Source of the DNA: Eledone cirrhosa
Taxonomy: Eukaryota
DNA length: 64,000 nt
NCBI GenBank assembly: GCA_964016885.1
Contig: OZ024742.1
Coordinates: 157,604,001 to 157,668,000 of the forward strand
Direction of reading: 5' to 3'
The notes under the pieces: generated by a model
Told to the model about the DNA's origin: nothing
The model's database searches: none
What the model saw: only the letters and a program-made list of their open reading frames with translations
Position numbers and translations under genes: made by a program
Part shown: positions 52,639 to 64,000 of the stretch, piece by piece
Layout: every line of letters begins with the position of its first letter
How positions within the stretch are numbered: position 1 is the stretch's first letter

Positions 52639-54244
52639 GGGAAGAAGACACACGTAGATGATAGAGTGATATGATTTTTAACATTTTAAAAACAATTGTG
52701 ATATAACAATTCTTAGTACAAATGGGACATAAGGCACCAGTCCAACTCTCAGGAAATGAAGACACATAATATCAAATTATATGGCTCAGATATATTTTTT
52801 TGTATTATAAATTTTACATTCAAAAAAGAAAATGGTTATAAATGGAAGAAAACCCCTCTGTCTACATTAAATATAACAGCCAAATAACAGCAATTTCACC
52901 ACCTCCGCAACCTAGATACACCACCTATCCCACCACCACTTTGTGTACGTTAAATACAACAGCCAGATAACGGCAATTTCAACACCACCAATCCAAGCAT
53001 AATAATAATTATTATTATTATTGTATTTCAAGTTTTCTCAAAATGTTTAATTCAAATATTAAGGAAATATGTCAACATATATATTAAACATAGGCGACAA
53101 ACCGCATAGATATACAGAACAAACTAACGCATACTAGCTACAGTATATTCAATAGAACTCAGTAGCGACAACACCATCACTACAGTTACCGCCTCCACCA
53201 TTCCATCATTGCTACCACTATCCTATCAACGCCGCCACAACTACATCATTGCTACCACCACTATTCTCCCTTATACCTTCCGTTAACTTAAGAAAGGGCA
53301 AGGTGGCGGTAACACTAGACAAGGGAGAGGCTAGCAAAAGATTTAAACAGACTGACTTACTGACCCGGTCAAACATTAACGACTATGGCACTGCTGCCCC
53401 CCCCCCCCCCCCCTCCCCACCAACAATGGAAAAAGAACCAGCACCACCACCGGCATAGCCAACAATAACAACGGGCAACTTCAACAAAAAGTATGTTATA
53501 TTATTAATAATAAGGTTTTTTTATTGGCCACAAGGGCTAACATGAAGGAAAATATTACAGGCGGCACAGAATGACTATTATTATGCAATCATATTTGTGG
53601 CTGAAGATGTGTAAGGTGCATATATATTTTTAAATATTCCCCAATACAATTTTCTTTTTCTACATTTTGGTCGATTGTGGCTAAATTTCCGATTTAGAAG
53701 GGAAAATGGACAGTTGAAAGATCACTTCTCTCTCCCACCACCACATTCACAACCACTTCCTCACACATTCACACCAGTAAATCCCCAATTTATTATTTGA
53801 CTACTGTCACTGACTGCTATATACCTCCCTTCTCAGTGTCTAATGTGTGGGTATATATATGCGTGCGTATATACATGCGTGTGTATAAGTATGCACGTGT
53901 GAATGTATATTTATGTATGTGTATGGAGCCCACACAAAGGACAACATAAAGGGGAAGAAAAAAAAGAATACTAGTACCCCCTACCCATTTACACCTCAAA
54001 CTCAAAATAGACAGAAGATAACACCGGAGAAGCAACCCCTATAAGCTACAATGTTACCCTACCCACCACCACTCCCAGCACCCCCAGCCCCAGCATTAAT
54101 CTCCCTGCCAACACCACCAACACCACTCACACCACAAGAACAGTTGAGAAAATTCTCGTACACCTCTTACAGCTTCAACCATAACAATATCACCTCAATC
54201 AACAACAGCAATGACAATAACTATACTGTTATAATAGTAATAAT

Positions 54245-55595
54245 GATCTCACTGCCAGCCAGCAAATGCACTACCCAAAGAGCCGGGAAACTTTCCATGT
54301 ACGTCCAATACCATGCGTTACGCAAGCATGTAGTACGAGATGAACAAATAAAAATTAATACAGAATACCAAATCGCTTTTCCTATGGTTAATCAGGATGC
54401 GCATCCCTCTGGATCGTGCCAACTACCTGAGATGGAAAAGTCCTCCTCTGGCACAAACCAGACTCTTCTCCAATTATGGACCTGGATGGTCACTTGATCG
54501 GGGTTTGCCCCAACTCGAGCGCTCCAGATCCACCGCCCAAACCACCTCAAAAAGCAAAAGGGCAGGGACAATTAGCATCAAATGGGAGCAGAAACCGCTG
54601 CATGGCAAATATGTGGCCCGTAGCAAACAAGCTGATGTTGGCTAAAAGCACTCCCATCAGTGGCTACGTAGTTCAGGGCTAAAGGCGGACAGTGAAGGCT
54701 TCATCTTAGCTGCCTGAGATCAAAGCTTATTGACTCGTAATTACCAGGCGAATGTGATGAAAAACGGAATAAACCCAAAGTGCCGATTCAGCAATGCTCG
54801 GTTTGAAACAGTGGATCACTTAGTCTATGGCTGTAAAGTTTTAGCACCAGTAGAATACAATATAGACACGACAGAGTTGGCCAATATCTACACTGAGTAA
54901 TATGCCGGCATTACAAAATCAAATCTGAAGACAAGTGGTACAACCATCACCCTGAGGCTGTAACTGAAGGAGAAAAAGTAACAATTCTCAGGGACTTTCC
55001 ATCCTGTACATACTGACAAGACCATAAAAGCAAATAGACCTGTCATCATTAGAAAAGATCAACATAACAAGTCTGTTTATTGATAGATATGAGCATCCCA
55101 TGTGATAACAATATCGCGGCTAAATAATTTGACAAGCTACGAAAATATAAAGATCTGCATATTGAAATCCAGAAAATGTGGCACCTCAAGGCCGTTACAA
55201 TACCAGTGACTGTGGGAGTACTGGGAATGATCAAGATAGGAACAGAACAATATTTGCGAATGATTCCTGGTTTACCCATTCTGCACGAGGTGCACAAAGT
55301 TTCACTGGTACGACACATGTATTGAGAAGAGCACTATCCCTGTAAGATTCATATCCCGCCTTGTATTTACATATGCATATACACATGTGTATATATGTAT
55401 ACCGTTTTTTTTTTTGTTATTTTTATTATAATCAAAGTCCTGTATTAACTGGCTTACCAATGCACACTGAATTTATTTGCCCTAGGTGTCAGGAAGACAC
55501 TCAGCATATATCTCAGAAACAATAATGAAAGAAAATAAAAACATTAATAATAATAATAATAACGACAACAATAATATCAATAATAATAATAATAC
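54245..55595 (+). mobile_element. R4/Dong-like LINE 3' fragment (different subfamily)
   Basis: KWEQKPLHGKY, WLRSSGLKADSEGFILAA.DQSL, CRF..ETVDHL, ANRP, IDMSIPCD, KYKDL; (AAT)n tail. Confidence 0.85.
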
Positions 55596-55743
55596 TGTAA
55601 GAATGATAATTTGTAAATGTTATTCAATGTGGTGTATTAACTGGCTTAACAATATATACAATGAACTTATTTGCCCTAGGTTTCAGGAAATCATATATTA
55701 GAAACAATACTGAAGGAAAAAAAAACAAAAAAAAACAACAAAA

Positions 55744-55779
<36 letters not shown>

Positions 55780-55879
55780 ATGTGTTTTGTTAAAGCATGA
55801 AAAACTGCTACAACACAGCGAGTTTATTACATAAACAAGACACGAATAAAACATAAACAAACAAAAAAGGAATACACAC

Positions 55880-57730
55880 ACATATGAGGAGCATAATAGT
55901 GCTCGATTGTTTTACAAGTGCTTATACTATAAAAATAGCGAAAGATGTATACAAGGGAATCATATAGATGTACGGACCTTCGTTCTTTCAACTTAAGAAA
56001 AAAAAATTACGAAGAGTTATGCACGCAAAAATGTACATATTTAGAAGCACTAAAGCCGATACCCAACAAAAATGATAATATTCTCAACGATGTGCTGGAC
56101 CGTACCCCTCATATACCACAAATAAAATGCAAATGACACAAATTGACACGTGAAGAATATGCTTCTATTCTACACGCATATTTTACACCAATACTATATC
56201 CTAAAAAAACACACAAAAAAACAAATAAAAAATATGGCCAAAGAACAACTCACACTCTGGTTTGACTCCAACAAACTAGAACATTTTCGAAATATCACGC
56301 ATGTTAATAAGCAATTAATAGAACAAATACTCACCGAAAGCACACATAAGCAACATAAATATATTGAGAATTTCAAACATGAGGTAAATAATTACAACGT
56401 ATTGAATACAGATAGAGTAAACAATAAACGGCAACTCCCTGTAGACCACAAAAACATACATAATACTAACCAAAATGAAACGGGTTCAGGACAACACAAG
56501 CAAAAATAAAAACGAAAACAAATATTATAAAATATATATAAGACAAAGAAACCCTAGTGATGAAACTCAAGTCCACGATAGCATAAAACTCAAATTAATC
56601 CCAAAACCCATACAATAAAAAGTCTCCCTAACAACTATGAAATATAGCTCGCAAAGAATGAAAATTAATACCAAATAACATTTTTTAAAACGCTAACCCA
56701 GCCACCTTAGACTTAATAAACACGAATAAAAACCATTAGTGTCGCAAGGCTAAATAATAAAATATGTGCAGCAGCCACCTTTGTAGCAAAAGAGAGTGCA
56801 TAACCCCTTAGATTTACACAATCAATAAAAACAAAACCCATATAAACATGCAAATCAAACATACTAAATAAGATAAATGAAATATGAAAGGAAACACCAA
56901 GACTAGAAATTGGAAAGAAAATAAATATACTAAAAACAAATTCTGGAGACTAAGGAATACCTGAAACAAGTACTTGCAGAGACACAAAGAAATCGGGGAC
57001 ATGAAAAACACGAAAAGGTTTTTTGAACAAAACCAATTATTTTGCTTCAGCCGAAACGACTCAATCAGGAACTTAAAAGGTGCAAAATGGAAGAAGATAT
57101 AGACCCAAAATTGGAAGCATTTTGGAGAGGGTTCTGGACAAAAAGAGAAGAGGAATTACCATGCACAAAACTAAAAATAACAACGAACAAAGCACCTGAA
57201 CAGCTGCGGTAACATATTATGAAAGATGATGTGTCTAGAACACTTAAAAACGGTAGCAACTGGAAGGCACCTGGCCATTTCGAGTGAAATATTTAATTGG
57301 GAGAGATGATATCCTTGCAGAATAATTTAATGAGATGTTGACAGAACCAGATAAAACACTTGCCTGTCTCACTAAGGGGAACACCATCCAGTTCCTCAAC
57401 GATAATGACTACATTCACCCACGACTACAGGTTATAACCTGTCTGTTTGTTATATACATAAACTTAACTGTATTAGTAACGCAGAAACTGGCAAACACCC
57501 GGTATAAAAAAGAAACTGCTTCAAGAAGAAAAGTAAGGATGATGCAAAGGCTCATTAGGCTGTAAAGACCAGTTATTAATCATAAAAGCCATAACCAAAT
57601 ACTACAGAAAAAAACTAAAAAGAAACCCACGTAGCATGGATCAAGTACGAAAAGGCGTTAGACAATTTTCCCAACATATGGATACTAAATACAGTAGCAA
57701 TGAATAAAGTAGCACAAACAATAAAAAAAA
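55880..57730 (+). mobile_element. Decayed R4/Dong-like LINE 5'/RT fragment
   Basis: A-rich; residual FWRGFW, NWKAPG, ITCL, GCKDQLL, AWIKYEKA..P.IWI motifs. Confidence 0.7.
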
Positions 57731-59429
57731 ACATTTATTACGCATGATATGAGTGAAAGTAAAAAGGTGAAGAAATTGTTTAATGTCTAACCTTGTTGCT
57801 TTGTGTAGGATGTAAAATCGAATTCGTATTAATTCTTATTTTTTATGCCATTTAGCCTTAGGAGGGCGCTGGTTATGGAGCTCTATATCCAAAGGCATTC
57901 CGGTGATGCCTCTTCCATCCTTTAACGGACCTTTTCTATACAGCCTACATCATTCAATGTTCCCGATTTCATAAGAAACAAGAGTGACTTCTATGGCCTC
58001 AATGTATAGGGGTTCTTTCGTTAAATCTGATGGTAACGACACTCTTAATTCTGTACAAATGCTCGGATATGTGGCAAGTATGAGGGTGCTATTTGGCGAT
58101 TGTTGGTGTTCGTAAAATTATGAAGTGACCTCATTTTACGCCTGATTAATCGGGATTCGGCTTTGATGCAGACCCAATTTTCTGAGAGATTTATATTAGT
58201 CACGTTACAGTCACATTATTAAGTTGTTTTTGAATCTAACAAGACGCTGTGGGTACAGATATATTTAGAGAAGTGCGTCCAAAATTCAAAATCTGTCCAT
58301 GCTGTGTCTATATGTTTACCATCTTTCATAAATGATATCCTCAATTAATATAATTCAGAGGTATTAGTAGAAAATTACCATCTTCCGTTTCATTCTTACC
58401 CTTTTTTATGATAATTTGTTTCAAACTCGAGCTAAAAATTCCACCACCGAATCAATAAATTGCATTGTAAGAGTAAACTAGTGGCTCCAACATACTTGTA
58501 TATGATGACAGATATCTGTAAAAGCCACTATTAAGGAAATCTAGACAGACATAACAAAACATACTGATTAAGTGAAAGCGTTTCTAAACGAATATATCTA
58601 GATAGAACTCGCTTAGGTATGAACTGTATCATTATATTTAGAATCAACACAGAGATACAATTACTAAAATAACGTTATCACTTTAATATCCCATCTTTTA
58701 TATGAAATTCCTCAAATACGCTTCGACGTTATATGCTTAAAGATACCTGAAATTACGAAGTAGTTCATATGATGTGCATAGTTTATGGAATCAATATTTT
58801 CTAATATTTATATAGAAAATGGAAGAGACGCAGAGGTAGAAACAGTAAAGCACTGCAGTAAATGTGTTTCAGAATTTAGTTCGCTCATATGATTTCGTAA
58901 TTCAAAACATTACAAATTACACTTTTAGATTTATTTCGATGAAATAATATCATTCGTATTTTGAAGTACATCTAAACATGTATGCAACCACTATTTAATA
59001 AAATCATTTCTTCAAACAACACTGTGCAAAAGGAAAGTGGCACAGGATGGGGTCAGTCCCTTGTAAAAACTAGGAAGAACCTCAAACGTTTGATACAATA
59101 ATATATGCCCTTTTCGAAGAGCAGTTGATATCTAAGTATCATTTTTATTGTCATTTTAAGTAGCAGTTCCGTCTGTGTGATTACACCGCCAGCGTCTTTG
59201 CCTCTCTGCACATATAGATAGCAAACATCTGTCGTGGGGAGTTGAATTTAGTTGCATATCCGTATCTTTCATATATATCCGTAGAGGTTTACCTATTTTC
59301 CAGTTCATGGTGCTAGTGTATGAAGTTTATCTGAGTTATTGTTGTTGGTCTAATCGTAAGGGTGGTTCTTAATATGTTTTATCATATTGCATATGGCCTC
59401 CATTATTAACTCCTAATATAATTACATAG

Positions 59430-59975
<546 letters not shown>

Positions 59976-60143
59976 TAGTAAATGAGTGAAATATAACACG
60001 GATCGGCTGTACAAAGGGTTTATTCAAAGTATTAACAAATGTTTCATTAGTCCGGTGTGTCTAAAAACCGGTGTTCGCTGAACGCTACGTCACTCGACTT
60101 TAATTACAAAGGGTGCAAGTAGGTACTCTTTGCTTAAACTTAT

Positions 60144-60209
<66 letters not shown>

Positions 60210-60396
60210 GTAGATAAATCTACCAAAATATACGGTAGTGTCCAATCCGTATGAAGAACTCAATGTAATCCAAATATCATGAAAAGAGAAGATGTATTCA
60301 ACATTTTTTCGATGAAAAACAGGAAAACAGAGTCAAGATAAATTAATAAAAAATAATGAATAAAAACAAAGAAACAGTTCCTTATATTAAAAAATG

Positions 60397-60526
60397 TATC
60401 ATTTTACGATCGTTTCTAGGATATATATGTGTGTGTTGGTATGTATATCTATGTAAAATGTTTACAAACTATCAGAGGGAATATACATACCTACACATAT
60501 ATATGCTGTCTTCAGAAATAATGATA
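60397..60526 (-). ncRNA. Type I hammerhead ribozyme with a ~92-nt extended helix II
   Basis: TATCATTATTT-CTGAAGA-[CAGCATATATATGTGTAGGTATGTATAT...ATATACATACCAACACACACATATATATCCTA]-GAAA-CGATCG-TA-AAATGATA. Confidence 0.8.
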
Positions 60527-61447
60527 TTTGTTCATTGAAAAAAAACAACAAAGATTTAATGTAATAGGTCTGTTTGGGAACAGGTTTTGAATTCACCAAT
60601 AGAAAGGTAGTAAGTGGTGAGGATGATAGAATACTAGTAATAGAAATTTAATTTAGGGGTAGAGGAAAGCAGACTTCAGTTTTGAATGGAAAGAGTATTT
60701 TGAATGAAAAGATTACTTTGGGGATGAAAATAGGTCAAGCCGGTGAAAGGTACACGAAAATTTGATGTTATAAAAGAATAATTCTAATGTTAAAATCTAA
60801 AGAGAATAAAATGTTACGATAAATGTGTTAGTGAAAAATATCAATCTTATTTAAAACATAAGGAATTTACATCTATATAAAGAAAATAAATTAATTTAAT
60901 TGATAGGTATATTTATATTGATAAATTTAGATTAATTCATATAGATGTGATAAATAAGAGTTAGATGTAATTGAAGAATGTTGTTAAAAACGAAGGGAAA
61001 AAGAAAATAATAATAATAATTGGGGGGGGGGGTAAGTGTATTAGTGAGAAATAACAAATTTATATAGATTAGAAGGAATATAGATTCATAACCTGAAATT
61101 AAAATAGTTTATATGTATACTTATTGGTATAAATTTTAGGAAAAGATAGCTGTAAAAGGGAAATAAAATTATGCAGTTCATTAGTAGTAGAATATTAATT
61201 ATAGGTTAACTAATTTAAAAAAAAAAAAAGATTTCATTATAACAATTTGTAAAGTATATATTAATTAGGTTTATAACATTTAAAAGTTCTTCTAATTTTA
61301 TGATTACATGATATAATTAATTATTGTCATTTATTTAATAGGATATCCTTAGATTTCATTATTTCAAAAAGTTCCTGGGAACATAATCTACATTCATATC
61401 TATTATTTTGATAAGGGGTGGCCCTTTTGAGCACACTCCAGGTCAGG

Positions 61448-61861
61448 TTATAATCGATATTCTTTTCTTCTATAATTATTAATTATTTCAGCTAAGGATG
61501 TTGTATTAGCTAATGCGGCATTTTTAAAACTGTGTTTGTGGGTATTAAATCTTACTTTAAATTGGTTAGAAGTAGCTCCTATATATGAATAAGTTGAGTC
61601 CTTAGTGTTAATTTTACATTTATATACTATGTTATTAATAAGGCAATTTCCTTTTAATGGGCAATTTGCTTTGTTTCTACAGTTACAACCTTTCGTGAAT
61701 GTTGTATCAGAGGAGATAGTCAAATTAGGTGTGGAATTTTCTCGACTTGTTGTATGTGAATGAGATGCTGGTTTGCTGTGGGTTATTTTAGTATTATGGT
61801 TAGTTTGATGTATTGGTGGTATATTCATGTTTTTTTTTACATTTATATGCATTATAGGCAC
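61448..61861 (-). pseudogene. PLE GIY-YIG endonuclease fragment
   Basis: CNCRNKANCPLKGNCLINNIVYKC...YIGATSNQFKVRFNTHKHSF..TSLA. Confidence 0.92.
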
Positions 61862-62651
61862 TTATATTTTGTTGTATATTTTTGGTTGTTGAGTAGGAGA
61901 ATTTGACCGTTGATCTATTTAAAATTTGATGGTATTTATGGTTTGGCGGGAAGTTTTTCTCTAGGATAGTAAAAAATGTTTAGGTATATTATCTTTAATT
62001 TATAGATTAAATGGAGTATTATACCAAGTAACACGTCTATTACGGTTTCGATGTTGTTTTCTTTATTTTAGACGATGTATCCTGATGTTTACTAAGAGAA
62101 TTAGTATTAGTGATTTTATTACACATATTTTTAGTTAGATTCATTGATTCAGGTGTTTTAGCCTGATTAATTAGGAATTTTGTTATTAACATATATTGGA
62201 ATATTAGGATGAATGGTTTTTTGAAAGTTATCATATTGTATATTAGAAGAGTTAGAGAAATTAAGTTTTAAGTTGGTATTTTTTAGTATAGTGTGAGTGG
62301 CATTTAGGTGTGTATATTTCATTTGGTGTTTGTTGGTAATATTGGGTTGTATGTTTTGTAGTATTATTGGTACAAGGTATATATACTAATTTGTTTTTGT
62401 GGCCGCTTCTAGCTAAAGCTTCGTTATAAAAGGTCGCATTTTTATCGAATACATCCTGGTTAGATGAAAGCTTAGAAATTCTGAGTGAGATATTATATGC
62501 TAGGTTTTTACGGATAGATTTAGGGTGATTAGATTGTGAGGAGTGTACGTAATGTAAGTTTTGGTTAGTGTTATGGTAAGGTTGGTAGATACCCGTAAAT
62601 AAGTCTAATGTTATATCAATGAAGAATTAATAAATTAAATAATCAGAGCAA

Positions 62652-63378
62652 TATATCATAAATCATATCCTTAGAATTATTAGATAAAATAGATACCATT
62701 TCCTCTCCTAATTAGCATAATTAACCATATAAAAAATCAATTAGACCAGGTTATAAGAATAAAGGCTCTTATGAAGAAATTTCCGACAAATTAGCGAAAG
62801 CGGCCTCTTCGCGGTGGCCTCGATAGAGTATTTATCCAACATTTCAACAGCATGTAGAAACTGACCAAATATACCGTCAATCATACACAATTAGGTGTAA
62901 ATTCAAACTTAGAAGAAATGTGTACATACCGTAATTATATCTCTATGGTTTCTAACTTGACCACTGCCACGTCACGATTCTTAGCCATGTTTTAATCTAT
63001 TTTTGGCGCGATCACTTTGAAAATTAAATGTCTAATTTTTAGTTCACTCCTGATGAGTCCGATACTCTGGACATATCCTGTTATTCGATGTCTAAAAATA
63101 CGGACGAAACCATGGTAGAGATATAATTACTCTATGTACACATTTCTTCTAAGTTTGAATTTACACCTAATTGTGTATGGTTGACGGTATAATTTATTCA
63201 GTTTCTACATGCTGTTGAAATGTTGGATAAATACTCCATCGGGGCCAACGCGAAGAGGCGGCTTTCGGTTATTTGTCGGAAATTTCTTCATAGGAGCCTT
63301 TATTCTTGTAGCTTGGTCTAATTGTTTTTTATATGATTAATTATGCTAATTGGGAGAGGAAATGGTATACATGATTTA

Positions 63379-63383
<5 letters not shown>
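62652..63383 (+). mobile_element. Non-coding fold-back element with ~280-bp inverted arms and a hammerhead
   Basis: 62652-62952 is a diverged reverse complement of 63106-63383; HHR at 63047-63121; ends in (TA)n. Confidence 0.88.
63047..63121 (+). ncRNA. Type I hammerhead ribozyme with a 49-nt helix II
   Basis: CTC-CTGATGA-GTCCG-[..GGACAT..ATGTCT..]-CGGAC-GAAA-CCATGG-TA-GAG. Confidence 0.88.
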
Positions 63384-63422
<39 letters not shown>

Positions 63423-63846
63423 CAGAGTGCTTCAAAAGGCTTATGGACAAATGATAGTTGGAAAAAACGATTTACGTAATGATATCTTTTATCATATGGT
63501 CCATCTAGATCAATAAACTTCTGCAAGCGTTGATAGCAGCCTTTAAGTTCATCTGTGTTAATTTAATGTCAAAGAAGCTTTTCTCTACAACGTCAACCTC
63601 ATCTCTTCCACTTCTAAAACGACTTATCCATTTGTAGGTTATTGATATCTTTGTCCTCATAACCTTGTTCCAGAGCGTCAATGATTTGGCTGTTCTTCCA
63701 CCCTAGCTTCACCATGAAGTCCATTTTGTTCGAGCGTGTGACTGCGTTGCAATGTTTACGAGAACGTACAGGTTCATGGAGACGAAAACACCTTCATATG
63801 ACTTTTAGCTTTGTACTTTTTCCATGAACGTTTTCAAGCACCCGAG
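63423..63846 (-). mobile_element. Internally deleted mariner (Hsmar2/irritans-like)
   Basis: N-terminus FMVKLGWKNSQIIDAL..YKWISRFRSGRDEV and C-terminus YQRLQKFIDLDGPY resemble the Hsmar2 transposase; diverged TIRs GAGTGCTTCAAAAGGCTTATGGA / TCCATGAACGTTTTCAAGCACCC. Confidence 0.88.
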
Positions 63847-63853
63847 CAAATAA

Positions 63854-63854
<1 letters not shown>

Positions 63855-63933
<79 letters not shown>

Positions 63934-63952
63934 ATATATATATATATATGTA

Positions 63953-63993
<41 letters not shown>

Positions 63994-64000
63994 TATATAT
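63855..64000. repeat. (CA)n/(TA)n microsatellite
   Basis: Directly visible. Confidence 0.97.

Larger units (their letters stand above)
60210..62620 (-). mobile_element. 5'-truncated AT-rich Penelope element with a long 3' region and pLTR
   Basis: Thumb-region motifs (NHPKSI..NISLRISKLSSNQDVFDK..YNEALARSG) near 62400-62560; GIY-YIG ORF 61448-61861; HHR at 60397-60526. Confidence 0.88.

Noticed and set aside
62930-63130. Type III hammerhead topology using the inverted arm as helix III
   Set aside because: No helix I after GUUUC; the type I reading (CTC/GAG, CCATGG, UA) fits better

Overview
AT-rich, microsatellite-dense eukaryotic DNA, most likely cephalopod/Octopus (inferred from the tRNA-SINE families and repeat landscape). 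I cannot support any host protein-coding gene; nearly all short ORFs in the track are (TA)n/(CA)n/(AAT)n artefacts. The window is a transposon graveyard: at least six Penelope-like element (PLE; RT + GIY-YIG) copies or fragments, four larger R4/Dong-type RLE LINE copies plus smaller fragments, an RTE-like 3' end, tandem tRNA-derived SINEs, a Helitron-like non-autonomous element and an internally deleted Hsmar2-like mariner. The main signal is about 13-15 type-I hammerhead ribozyme (HHR) motifs on both strands, intact or degenerate. They sit in PLE pseudo-LTRs and in small non-coding fold-back elements that look like MITEs (23848-24256, 32017-32470, 33224-33690, 62652-63383). Unrelated families use different 6-nt palindromes as helix III (TGCGCA, CAATTG, TGATCA, TATATA, CGATCG, CCATGG). 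Several have long helix II extensions (up to ~92 nt), and several fold-back breakpoints fall inside the ribozyme. All structures were read by eye; no folding or database search was run.
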